A stretch of DNA of 64,000 nt from an uncultured Acidobacteriota bacterium (GTDB taxonomy: Bacteria; Acidobacteriota; Terriglobia; 20CM-2-55-15): NCBI GenBank assembly GCA_963836435.1, contig CAWIJI010000007.1, positions 109,052-173,051 of the forward strand. Direction: 5' to 3'. The notes beneath the pieces were generated by a model that saw nothing but the letters and a program-made list of their open reading frames with translations, ran no database searches and had not been told where the DNA came from. This document shows positions 1 through 9,046 of the stretch, piece by piece. How positions within the stretch are numbered: position 1 is the stretch's first letter; the number at the start of each line of letters is the position of its first letter. The position numbers and the translations under genes were made by a program.

Positions 1-407
1 CCTTCAAAAGAAAAGGTAATTGTGATCTCATTGAAATACTCATCCCTTCGCTTGGCGGCCGTTATGCTTCGAGGACCGAGTGTGATATTCAGCTTCTTTG
101 CAGCATCCTCAACGATGGTCTGCAGCTCAACCGATGCCAGCGAAGGATTATCCCCGCGGATCAGGCGGCCCTCGCCTTCTGCAATGCTCTTCCTGGCTTG
201 CTCCAGAAGCTGCACATAATGGTCCTTGGCCGACAGCGCCCTGCGGAACCGCTTCAACTGATCTTCCTTCTCTTCGACGGCACTCGACTTGTCATGAAGC
301 TCGTCCCATGCCGGCATAACCACATGAGATGCAAGCAGGTAAACACCGACCGCCGAAGCCAGAACAATCCCCGCCCGCTTTTCACCTCCGCGCAGCACCA
401 CTTTCAT
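1..407 (-). CDS. gspM: Type II secretion GspM/PilO-like inner membrane protein (runs off the left edge)
   Basis: Not in the ORF track. ATG at 407 overlaps the gspL stop (ATGA). Translates MKVVLRGGEKRAGIVLASAVGVYLLASHVVMPAW..., one TM helix then coiled coil. Position after gspL fits GspM. Confidence 0.7.
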   Translation of the reverse strand, partial: MKVVLRGGEKRAGIVLASAVGVYLLASHVVMPAWDELHDKSSAVEEKEDQLKRFRRALSAKDHYVQLLEQARKSIAEGEGRLIRGDNPSLASVELQTIVEDAAKKLNITLGPRSITAAKRRDEYFNEITITFSFE

Positions 408-1741
408 TGAGGCACCTCGATGGTTGCTTTCAGGGTGAACCGGTCTTTACCTTTCGGATCGTGAGTCACGGCCGTTGTGAATTGCACTTCCTTGAAAAGA
501 GGACTGTCTTCAACGAGTTTCTGAATCTCCGAGGCCTTTGGTGCAAGGCCCGATATCGTGATCGTTCTGTCCTGATAGCCGTAGGTCGATATCCAGGCCG
601 TCTCGGGCAGGATACGTGTGAGTTCCAGCATTGCTTCCAGGGCATAGTCGCGGTTCCTGAAATGCCCAGCCAACACGCCGTATTTTCCGGAGAGCCGGGT
701 CAATTCCGACTGCTGACTGACAACCTCGCTGGCAACTGGCGCGATGCGCCGAATTTCTGTATCGAGCTTGGAGGCGTACACCGTTAATTGGTACGGTTCG
801 CGGCCCAGGAGGAGCATCCCGAGCAGCAGAGCCAGCCCGAAAAAAACGTATGTCGGAATCCATTGAACCTGATTCCGGCGATAGCGGAGCTCCCTGGGAA
901 CCAGGTTCGACTGGAAACCCGTCCTGCGAAACCCAAGCATTGCCGCCGCAATGGAACCAAAACGATCACTGCTGTCGAGTGCCGCATTCTCCATGGGCAA
1001 CGCGACATGTTCCATCGACTTCAGGCCCGAAGAGGCTGGGCCGAAAACAAGCAACCGCGCACTCGCAAGAGACGACAAGCGCCCCACAGCCATCAAACGC
1101 TCGACCGCCGTCTTCGCCGTGGAAATAACATCTTCTCCTGTCTGGGTCAGCGAGGCGAGTTGTCCGTCCTGAACCAGGCAACCCTCAACACGCCCTTCCT
1201 GGCAATCCAGAACGACGGTCGAGGAATCTCCGGGCCACAAAACGCCGACACCGTGCGCGTGGACGACCGACGACAGACACGCACCCGAAAGCGGCATACC
1301 TGCGTTCCTGAATAGAACAATCCACGGGTCGAGCGCGTCCCGGGGAATAATGGCGACGGTGACTCGGATCGTCCTGGAACCGCGACGGAGCGGCTCCTGG
1401 CTGAAATCCCAATAAATCTCGTCGGCAGGCCAGGGGGAGAGCGCCTCGATCTGGAGCGCAATCGCGGATTGAAGCTTCTCTGCTACCTCGACAGGAAACT
1501 CCAGCTGACGGATGGTTCCTCGATCACGCGGCAGGCTCAGGAACACATGCTGGATGGGAAGCTTGTGCAGCGTCACCAACTTCCCTATCTCGGACCTTTG
1601 TTCTTCCGGCGCCAGATCGAGGAACCCGGGTATTTCCAGTGTGCTTGAAAGCCGGAACTTCCTGCCCGAACTACGAACAACGGCCAGGCGAAGATCGTTT
1701 CCGGCAAGCTCGAGCCCGACACCTGTTCTGACGAAAATCAT
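404..1741 (-). CDS. gspL: Type II secretion GspL / PilM-PilN-like protein
   Basis: N-terminal actin-like cytoplasmic region (ALSPWPADEIYWDF), one TM helix, then a PilN-like C-terminus (LPETAWISTY...ISGLAPKASEIQKLVEDSPLFKEVQF). Likely start MIFVRTG at 1741. Confidence 0.75.
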   Translation of the reverse strand: MIFVRTGVGLELAGNDLRLAVVRSSGRKFRLSSTLEIPGFLDLAPEEQRSEIGKLVTLHKLPIQHVFLSLPRDRGTIRQLEFPVEVAEKLQSAIALQIEALSPWPADEIYWDFSQEPLRRGSRTIRVTVAIIPRDALDPWIVLFRNAGMPLSGACLSSVVHAHGVGVLWPGDSSTVVLDCQEGRVEGCLVQDGQLASLTQTGEDVISTAKTAVERLMAVGRLSSLASARLLVFGPASSGLKSMEHVALPMENAALDSSDRFGSIAAAMLGFRRTGFQSNLVPRELRYRRNQVQWIPTYVFFGLALLLGMLLLGREPYQLTVYASKLDTEIRRIAPVASEVVSQQSELTRLSGKYGVLAGHFRNRDYALEAMLELTRILPETAWISTYGYQDRTITISGLAPKASEIQKLVEDSPLFKEVQFTTAVTHDPKGKDRFTLKATIEVPQ

Positions 1742-1769
1742 ATCGGTTGACCGCTCCGCCTTCGCTCCA

Positions 1770-2759
1770 CTATTCAAACCGCCAACGATCAAATTTTGTT
1801 TCGATCACCCGCTTGTAGACCAAAGGCTGCAACGTGATGAATTGCAGCCGCTCCTCGCGCTTAAAGAGCATCCGCACCGTACGCGATATCCCAGTCGTCC
1901 CGATTACAGCTTTGGAAACCAGCTCTACCGGTGAACCGTTGTCGAATCTGAGATAGTCGAGCGTGTCTTTTTCGGTTAGCTCTGGAACTCTCTTCACAAG
2001 GTCGTCGGCGTTTTCGAAATTCTTGCTCTCCCGCTCAGCCGCGACGTGGGCGGCGATTTCTGCATTCATCAAGGGCAGCGCCATGAGGACTTCGACGGAT
2101 GCCAGGTTTGGGTTCACCCTGGCGTCTCCGGATTGCACCGTGACGAGGTCGCGAAGCCCCGGAATACGTCGATAGCGGCCGGTCGAAGGTTCCTGAACGA
2201 GCGAACCAAAGAAGATTTCCTCCGTCATGTTCCGAACCAGAAGAAGTTCGTCCACCGTTTGAAACGCGGCGTTTCTCGGCCTGCGCAATTGTCCCGCCGG
2301 CGCCACTGGATAGTCCGCGACTTCTCCGCCATAGAGGTGGGGAATGTCGTCGGCGTCGATCCAATCCAGAACGGAATCGACCAGCCGATTCCTTGTATCG
2401 CGGTCCACCCCCAACGAATCAAACATCGAAGCCAGCATTTTGTCCGACGCCTGATTGACATCGATGCGGCCCGCATCGGAGCCGAATTTCACATGCACCT
2501 CGCCGGAATCGAATGGGAAAATGTACTCACCGTTCTCCTGTCTGATCGGCGAGTCTTCCGGAATCGGCAGCTGTTTGCTATAGCTGTTAAACACGATTTC
2601 CGCGGCGCTCTTTGCCATTAAGAAAGCGCGTTCGGAATCGAACGCCTGGCTGGCCGATTCCATTTCAACCCGCACCGTCGAAGCCAGGGAGAGCGAAACC
2701 AGCGACAAAACCAGCACAATCCACAGAACGCTCATCAGAACTGACCCGCGCGCGTTCAT
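1770..2759 (-). CDS. gspK: Type II secretion minor pseudopilin GspK
   Basis: RG|SVLMSVLWIV N-terminus; GRIDVN, LVDSVLDWIDAD and RNAAFQTVDELLLV motifs. Confidence 0.9.
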   Translation of the reverse strand: MNARGSVLMSVLWIVLVLSLVSLSLASTVRVEMESASQAFDSERAFLMAKSAAEIVFNSYSKQLPIPEDSPIRQENGEYIFPFDSGEVHVKFGSDAGRIDVNQASDKMLASMFDSLGVDRDTRNRLVDSVLDWIDADDIPHLYGGEVADYPVAPAGQLRRPRNAAFQTVDELLLVRNMTEEIFFGSLVQEPSTGRYRRIPGLRDLVTVQSGDARVNPNLASVEVLMALPLMNAEIAAHVAAERESKNFENADDLVKRVPELTEKDTLDYLRFDNGSPVELVSKAVIGTTGISRTVRMLFKREERLQFITLQPLVYKRVIETKFDRWRFE

Positions 2760-3295
2760 TTGCGATTCACCATTTGAACGACGAAAGTGTCGTCGTCCAG
2801 CCGGACTCGCATCGCGGGTGGTATACCGTCATCCGTCTTCCACTCCGTTATCCATGCGGGCTTTTTGTCGACCTCTCCGAGAAACTCGAACGATAACCGA
2901 TTGAACTGCGCCAGAACCGTTGACGGACGAACTGCCGGCTGTCCGGGTATATATTCGACAAACGGCAGATCCGCATAAAGGAAGCGCCCCTGGTCCGATG
3001 CGTAATCGACTTTCCGAAGGTCCCCTGGACCGTCGACAAGGGAATAGTCCGAGAAGAATTCCAACCTGTCGCTCGTGCCCTGGAACAACTCTCCCGACAT
3101 CGCCAGCGGCAGTTGACGGCGGATCAACCGTTCCACGGTCGAACGTCGTTCGAGACGGTTGGCGGCCTTTGTTCCCCGTTCCCACGCGTTGAGGCCGACG
3201 CGAAACCCCGCAAAGGCAACGGTCATGACCATCGCCATGATGGCCATTGCGACAATCAACTCGATGAGAGTAAAGCCTTTACTCCGGAAGCGCAT
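2756..3295 (-). CDS. gspJ: Type II secretion pseudopilin GspJ-like
   Basis: Prepilin motif KG|FTLIELIVAMAI. Gene order H-I-J-K. Start is either 3295 (MRFRSKGF) or 3328. Confidence 0.75.
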   Translation of the reverse strand: MRFRSKGFTLIELIVAMAIMAMVMTVAFAGFRVGLNAWERGTKAANRLERRSTVERLIRRQLPLAMSGELFQGTSDRLEFFSDYSLVDGPGDLRKVDYASDQGRFLYADLPFVEYIPGQPAVRPSTVLAQFNRLSFEFLGEVDKKPAWITEWKTDDGIPPAMRVRLDDDTFVVQMVNRK

Positions 3296-3728
3296 CTTCG
3301 ATAGCCTGTTTGAAATCGTCGTTTTCATAGGACAACGCCGTGGCTTTCAGAGCTTCAAGTTTGATCTTCCGTTCACCCGATCGTCCCTGCCAGCGGACTT
3401 CCACATCGATTTTCATCACGGCTTCCGGCGTATTCCTCTCCAGCTTGCTGGGTATCCAGGGAGTGATATTGACGGTCCAGTGAGCCGGCGGGGCCGTCAG
3501 TTCACCGTCGATCACCGCCCCGGGAGGCAGCTTCGAAAGAAGCAGCGTCCGGTTCATGAGATCCTCGCCAGCCAACTGATAATGACGGACATCTTCGATC
3601 TTCTTGAGATTCGCCAGTGATCTCGACAGGAGAGCGAAAAGGGACGTCGTGGCGATACCGAATATCGCTGCAGCGACGATGACCTCAATGAGAGTAAAGC
3701 CACGTTGACTCCGCACGGGCGGCGTCAC
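3279..3728 (-). CDS. gspI: Type II secretion pseudopilin GspI-like
   Basis: QRG|FTLIEVIVAAAIF prepilin motif; C-terminal IDVEVRW. Confidence 0.75.
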   Translation of the reverse strand: MTPPVRSQRGFTLIEVIVAAAIFGIATTSLFALLSRSLANLKKIEDVRHYQLAGEDLMNRTLLLSKLPPGAVIDGELTAPPAHWTVNITPWIPSKLERNTPEAVMKIDVEVRWQGRSGERKIKLEALKATALSYENDDFKQAIEDALPE

Positions 3729-4123
3729 GGAAGAACGATCTCATGGGCGCCGCTACGAAGCCGGACGGTTCCTCCGCGAACAATCCCCGATGGCATCACA
3801 AAGAACGCGGCCGTGCGGGCATCGTTTTCCAGCACGATGTCGATTGAAGACGGCAGCACCGACTCGCGAATTGGCTTCATCTCATCGTTTACAAGAGAGA
3901 TGGCGCGGCGATTCCGATCGAAAACAACATATTGTGATTTCTCTGTACGCTCGGCCTGAAGACGGGCCATACGGATAAAACCGCGTGTCGCCTGTGCGGC
4001 GCTGTTCATCTGGAGACGATCGAACCCCGCCCCAATACGGGGCCCGACCAATCCTGTGACTATGGCCACAATCACCATAACCACAACGACTTCGATGAGA
4101 GTAAAACCGCGTCTTCCGGTCAT
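3725..4123 (-). CDS. gspH: Type II secretion pseudopilin GspH/FimT-like
   Basis: RRG|FTLIEVVVVMVIV; ARLQAERT; FFVMPSG. An alternative start MPTSSAGNS at 4195 overlaps the end of gspG. Confidence 0.75.
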   Translation of the reverse strand: MTGRRGFTLIEVVVVMVIVAIVTGLVGPRIGAGFDRLQMNSAAQATRGFIRMARLQAERTEKSQYVVFDRNRRAISLVNDEMKPIRESVLPSSIDIVLENDARTAAFFVMPSGIVRGGTVRLRSGAHEIVLP

Positions 4124-4169
4124 ACATTCATCAAGACGCGGCAGCGGCTTAAAAAGACGAACCGATGCG

Positions 4170-4607
4170 CTATTTCCAGCTGACGATGTCGGCATCGTTC
4201 CCTTCGCCGCCGTCGGCGCCGTCGGCGCCAAGTGACAGGAGATCGTAATCGCCGTGCAGGCCGGGCTGGGTGTAACGGTAAGGATGGTTCCAGGGGTCGA
4301 GCGGAATATCCTTCTTCATATAGGGGCCGTCCCAGTTCTCGACGTTCGGAGGCTTCACCTGCAGCGCGGCAAGCCCCTCTTCCGTGGTGGGATACCGCCC
4401 GACCTCCAGGCGGAAGGTATCGAGCACAGTACCGAACTCTCCGATCTGGCTCTTGGCCTGTAATTGTTTTCCCTTGTCCACTTGCTTGAACAAGCGGCCG
4501 CCCACCAGGGTCGCGAAAAGGGCAAGGATAACCATCACGACAAGCAGCTCAATCAGAGTGATGCCACGTTTGTTTTTCCGGCTGACCGGATTTGCAGCTG
4601 TGTTCAT
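4170..4607 (-). CDS. gspG: Type II secretion major pseudopilin GspG
   Basis: RG|ITLIELLVV; LDTFRLEVGRYPTTEEGLAAL, WDGPY, DPWNHPYRY, SLGADGADGGEGNDADI. Confidence 0.95.
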   Translation of the reverse strand: MNTAANPVSRKNKRGITLIELLVVMVILALFATLVGGRLFKQVDKGKQLQAKSQIGEFGTVLDTFRLEVGRYPTTEEGLAALQVKPPNVENWDGPYMKKDIPLDPWNHPYRYTQPGLHGDYDLLSLGADGADGGEGNDADIVSWK

Positions 4608-5815
4608 AGTCCAATGTCCGCGATGCTGATAATGGCCATCAGGATCGACAGCACAACCGCGCCGACCAGAACTCCCATCACCAGGATAATTGCGGGTTCA
4701 AATACCGACGTCAGCGCTTTGACCGACGAACGCACGTCTTTCTCGTAAACATCCGCGATCTGAAGCAACATCGTGTCGAGCCGCCCGGTTTCTTCACCAA
4801 CCTCCACGAGATGAACCGCCAGGGCAGGAAACACGCCGGCCTCCCGCATCGGTTTAGCAACCCCTTCACCCCGTTTGGCTCCTGCGGCGATTTTTGAGAT
4901 CCCTTCAGCCACGAGCTGGTTTCGCGCAATATCATGGACGATGCGAACCCCGGCGATAAGGGGAACGGCGCTCGAAGTCAACGTTCCCAGCGTTCTGGCA
5001 AAACGTGCCACTTCAATTTTCAGCACCGTCGCTCCGAGCAACGGCAGACGTATGATCCAGGAGTCCCAGACACGGCTGCCCTTCGGCGTGCGAAGCCAGG
5101 AACGCAATCCCGCAACGGCTCCCGCCATCAATAGCAGCGCCAGCCACCAGTAGCTGGTCGTGAAAACCGAGATTGCGAGCAGGACATGTGTGGCCGGTGG
5201 AACAGGAACGCCAAGATCCTGGAAAATCGCCGCGAATTTGGGAATCACGAAATAGAACAGAATACCGACGGATCCGATTCCGACTGCTGTCAGCAGGCAC
5301 GGGTAAACCAGGGATGCGGCCAGATAGCTTCTCATCTCATCCGCCGACCGTTCGAACTCCGCCAGACGTTCGAGAATCACATCCAGGACGCCTCCGGCCT
5401 CTCCCGCCCGAATCATGTTCACATACAAACGGGAGAAGTGCTTTGGATGCGAGGCGAGCGACTCGGCCAGGGACTTTCCACCTTTGATCTGCTTCAGGAC
5501 ATCCAGCACAACAGCGCGCAATGCCGGCTTGGCTGTGAGCTCCGCCGTTACCGCGAGGGCTCGATCCAGAGGCAGTCCAGCCCGGACAAGTGTCGTCAGC
5601 TCCTCCGTAAAATACAGAATGTCCCGCTTCGTGACCCATTGAAGGTTGAGCCCGCGAAGGGATTTCTTTTTCCTGTCGGCAGGTTCATCGATTGAAACAG
5701 GAATCAGACCCATGGCCTGAAGACGAGAAGCGGCCGCACGCGTATCGGCAGCTTCGAGGCGGCCTTCGGCAAAACGTCCTTCGTCATTGACCGCTTTATA
5801 AGTGAATGTCGCCAT
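4604..5815 (-). CDS. gspF: Type II secretion inner membrane platform protein GspF
   Basis: AGLPLDRAL, NMIRAGEAGGVL, VGEETGRLDTML, EPAIILVMG motifs. Confidence 0.95.
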   Translation of the reverse strand: MATFTYKAVNDEGRFAEGRLEAADTRAAASRLQAMGLIPVSIDEPADRKKKSLRGLNLQWVTKRDILYFTEELTTLVRAGLPLDRALAVTAELTAKPALRAVVLDVLKQIKGGKSLAESLASHPKHFSRLYVNMIRAGEAGGVLDVILERLAEFERSADEMRSYLAASLVYPCLLTAVGIGSVGILFYFVIPKFAAIFQDLGVPVPPATHVLLAISVFTTSYWWLALLLMAGAVAGLRSWLRTPKGSRVWDSWIIRLPLLGATVLKIEVARFARTLGTLTSSAVPLIAGVRIVHDIARNQLVAEGISKIAAGAKRGEGVAKPMREAGVFPALAVHLVEVGEETGRLDTMLLQIADVYEKDVRSSVKALTSVFEPAIILVMGVLVGAVVLSILMAIISIADIGL

Positions 5816-5825
5816 ATACTTTCCG

Positions 5826-7522
5826 TCAAACTTCCTGGGTTACTCGAAGCACTTCGTCGGGCGTCGTGATGCCGGCGAGAACTTTCGAACAACCGTCATC
5901 CTTGAGCGAACGCATGCCGGAACGACTGGCCTGGGCCTTGAGCACCTTAGAATCCGATTTTGTGACCATCAACCGCCGCATTTCTTCGTCGATATCGAGC
6001 AGTTCGAATATTCCCAGCCGGCTTTCATAACCAGTGAGATCGCACGCCTTGCAGCCCCGACCGCGCTGCAGTTGACGTATTCTCCCAGGCCGTCCACCGG
6101 GAATCCGGCATCACGGAGCCCTTTCGCCGGAATGGATTCTGGCGCCTTGCATTCTCTGCAGTTCACGCGGACCAGACGCTGGGCCAGGATTCCGATCAGC
6201 GAAGAGGCCAGCAGATAATCCTGGACGCCCATATCCACCAGCCGCGTCACTGCGCTGGGCGCATCGTTCGTGTGCAGCGTACTGAAAACCAGATGGCCGG
6301 TGAGGGCCGAACGGATCGCGATCTCCGCCGTTTCCAGATCGCGGATTTCGCCGATCATGATGACATCCGGATCCTGCCGCACGATGTGCCGCAGTCCGGT
6401 GGAAAACGTCAGCCCAATCTGCGGATTCACCTGAATCTGATTGATCCCGTCCATCTGATATTCGACGGGATCTTCGATGGTGATGATCTTGCGATCCGGA
6501 ATATTGATTCGCTTCAGCGCGCTGTAGAGCGTGGTGCATTTGCCGCTGCCGGTCGGTCCCGTCACCAGGAAAATGCCGTGGGGTTTGGAGGTCATCTCAC
6601 ATACTTTCCCGTAGAGATCCTCCGGAAATCCCAGCATGCTCAGGTCGATCAGCGATGAATTGGATTGGTCCAGAATACGCATGACGACGCTTTCGCCATA
6701 CATCGTCGGAAGCGTCGATACGCGCAGGTCGATTTCCTTGCCGAGAACCTTGAGCTTGATGCGGCCGTCTTGCGGCAGCCGGCGCTCGGCAATGTTCAGT
6801 TTCGCCATCAGCTTGATGCGCGAAATGATCGCCGCCCGGATGGGGTTTGGCGGAGGATCGATGTTATGAAGGACGCCATCCACGCGATAGCGAAGACGCA
6901 GATCCCTTTCGAACGGCTCAATATGGATATCACTGGCCCGGGATTCCACTGCCCGGGAAATAATCAGGTTGACCATGCGGATCACCGGAATTTCCGACGC
7001 AAGGTCCCGCAGGTGTTCGATGTTTCATCGTCTCCGCCCGAGATCTCCCAGAGCCTCGATGGACGTCTCCGCCGGAATCGCCTCTCTTCCATACAGCTTG
7101 TCGAGTTCCGCCATGATCTCCGATTCGGCGGCCATGAAGATCCGAAGCGTGTGGCCGGTTCGAACCTGCAACGCGTTCAAGGTGTCGGTATCGTGAGGGT
7201 CGGCCGCAACGATTGAAAGAAGATCGCCTTCGAGATGGACGGGAAGCACACGCTGGCCCGAGGAAGTCGGTAGGGCAGCCTGGCGGGCTCAATCGGAACC
7301 GCCGGATATTCTCCGGCAACAGCGGACTTTCAACTGGTCCGCCAGTACGCGGACCACATCGCTTTCGGCGATGTAGCCCAGATCGATCAGTATCCGTCCC
7401 AGTTTATCGCGTCGTTCTTTCTGCAACGACAGCGCACTCTGAAGATCCTCGGCGGAAAGGAGTCCCCGCTCCTGGAGCAATTCCCCCAGGGGTCGAGTCG
7501 CCGTAGCGAGCAGCTCTTTCAT
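5826..7522 (-). CDS. gspE: Type II secretion ATPase GspE, split by several frameshifts (probably sequencing errors)
   Basis: Fragments 7289-7522 (MshEN-like [11 protein letters not shown]...LGRILIDLG), 7025-7249, and 5969-6985 ([52 protein letters not shown]). The C-terminus [28 protein letters not shown] is in another frame and ends at 5826. Confidence 0.9.
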
Positions 7523-7989
7523 CAGATCTCTTTGTAAGTGACCAGCTGCGGTGCAGATTTCTTCGCGCTGAATACCAGTTGCTTCGGTAGATTCGGGACG
7601 AAAAGAGGATTGTAGTTGTCCAGATGGACGACAATCGTCAGAGATTCGTCCTCCCCAATCGATTCCATCGAGGTTATGCGCTGTTTGATCAGGGCCGTAA
7701 TCCTGGACTTAATTTCCTTTTGTCGATCGCGAACGTGAGCAAGCACCAGTTCCTTCGAGGTCGCGCTGGGAAAGAGTGGATTGCTGGGCGGCTCGAATGC
7801 GACTTCAACGCTCACGATAACCCCGTAGCCTTCGATCAGCATCGCCCGCGACCCGGACATCAAACTGGATCCGGTTTCCCTCACCAGGTTGTCCGACTCG
7901 TTCTGAAGCGGCGTCATCTCCTTTTTGAACGCGTCAATCGGAGACTGAAGCGCCCCGGCAAGAATCACGAATATCAAAGTCTTGAGCAT
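7522..7989 (-). CDS. Hypothetical exported protein
   Basis: Signal-peptide-like MLKTLIFVILAGALQ. Lies between the anti-sigma gene and gspE with tight spacing. Confidence 0.7.
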   Translation of the reverse strand: MLKTLIFVILAGALQSPIDAFKKEMTPLQNESDNLVRETGSSLMSGSRAMLIEGYGVIVSVEVAFEPPSNPLFPSATSKELVLAHVRDRQKEIKSRITALIKQRITSMESIGEDESLTIVVHLDNYNPLFVPNLPKQLVFSAKKSAPQLVTYKEI

Positions 7990-7991
7990 TG

Positions 7992-8501
7992 TCAGTCTCC
8001 CGACCCGGCAGAACGTTCCCCGGCAAGTTTCTGCACGGCGGATCCCCACTCGTAAATCATCCGCCGCTGTTGCTCGTTAAGATTTGCGAGACCTGCGATC
8101 TGGCTTCGGAGTTCCTGGATTTCCAGAGATGTCTGCTGCTCCGCTGCGGACGGCTGCTCCACTGACGCGCCGAACGCAATCGTCAGCTGCGAGTCTTGCC
8201 ACTGCACGTGAATGGGCGCCGCCATCGCCACAACGATCAACAGAACCGCCGCAGTGGCCATGGGGACGAGCCACCTCCAGGTCCATCGCCGAACGGGTCT
8301 TTCAAAAACAAGAGCTGAGCTGCGAGGCGGATCGAAATCGGGCACGGACTTGAGCAAAGACCTCGTCCGCTGGAAGTGCTCCACGGCCACCCTGCACTCC
8401 CCGCATTTCGCGACGTGCGCCCTGGCCTCCGCCATCTCCGCCGCAGACAACTCCTCAAAAACATAGTCTGTAATGTGGTCTCCCAAATGTGACATGACCA
8501 A
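7992..8501 (-). CDS. Zinc-binding (zf-HC2/ZAS) transmembrane anti-sigma factor
   Basis: HxxxCxxC motif (HVAKCGEC), one TM helix, directly downstream of an ECF sigma gene. Confidence 0.85.
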   Translation of the reverse strand: MVMSHLGDHITDYVFEELSAAEMAEARAHVAKCGECRVAVEHFQRTRSLLKSVPDFDPPRSSALVFERPVRRWTWRWLVPMATAAVLLIVVAMAAPIHVQWQDSQLTIAFGASVEQPSAAEQQTSLEIQELRSQIAGLANLNEQQRRMIYEWGSAVQKLAGERSAGSGD

Positions 8502-8506
8502 GCTCC

Positions 8507-9034
8507 TTACCCAAGAATGTCGCGAAGCTTCTCAAAGCTCATATATAGCCGCGACTTCACCGTCGAAACGGGCGCATCCTGAATCGCCGCGATTTCTTCA
8601 AACTTCAGCTCCTGATAGACCTTCAAAATTACAACCTCGCGTTGATCCTCCGGCAATTGCCGCAGCGCGTTCTGCACCGCGATCCGGTTTTCAGGCGACG
8701 GCGATCGGAATCCGGCTTCCGGGTCCAGCTCCACAAAGGTCTTGCCGATATCCTTCCGCAGCCGCGAGTAACATGTGTTGTGCGCAATCCGATAGAGCCA
8801 CGCTTTGAAACGGTCTCGATCCTGGAGGGTGCCCAACTCCCGAAAGGCCTTCAGAAAGACGTCCTGGCAGAGGTCCATGGCTTCATCGCGGCTACCCATC
8901 ATCCGCAAAATGAAGTTGTATATGGGCTTTTCCCACTGCCGGACCAGAAGATTGAACCCTTCCGAATCGCCATTGAGCACGCGCTCGATGAGGTTTCTTT
9001 CAGTCCTCACACTCTTAAGACTCCAATCCTGCAC
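8507..9034 (-). CDS. ECF RNA polymerase sigma-70 factor
   Basis: Region 2 (AMDLCQDVFLKAF, FKAWLYRIAHN) and region 4 (LPEDQREVVILK...FEEIAAI...STVKSRLY). Confidence 0.93.
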   Translation of the reverse strand: MQDWSLKSVRTERNLIERVLNGDSEGFNLLVRQWEKPIYNFILRMMGSRDEAMDLCQDVFLKAFRELGTLQDRDRFKAWLYRIAHNTCYSRLRKDIGKTFVELDPEAGFRSPSPENRIAVQNALRQLPEDQREVVILKVYQELKFEEIAAIQDAPVSTVKSRLYMSFEKLRDILG

Positions 9035-9046
9035 GGAAAGACGAGT

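Noticed and set aside
4123-4231. gspH extension MPTSSAGNS overlapping the gspG 3' end as a novel overlap
   Set aside because: It is the alternative frame of the conserved GspG DADIxSW tail, commonly seen in gsp operons.
4170-4607. GspG with Ile rather than Phe at +1 of the prepilin cleavage site
   Set aside because: Hydrophobic substitutions at +1 are tolerated, and Gly-1 and Glu+5 are intact.
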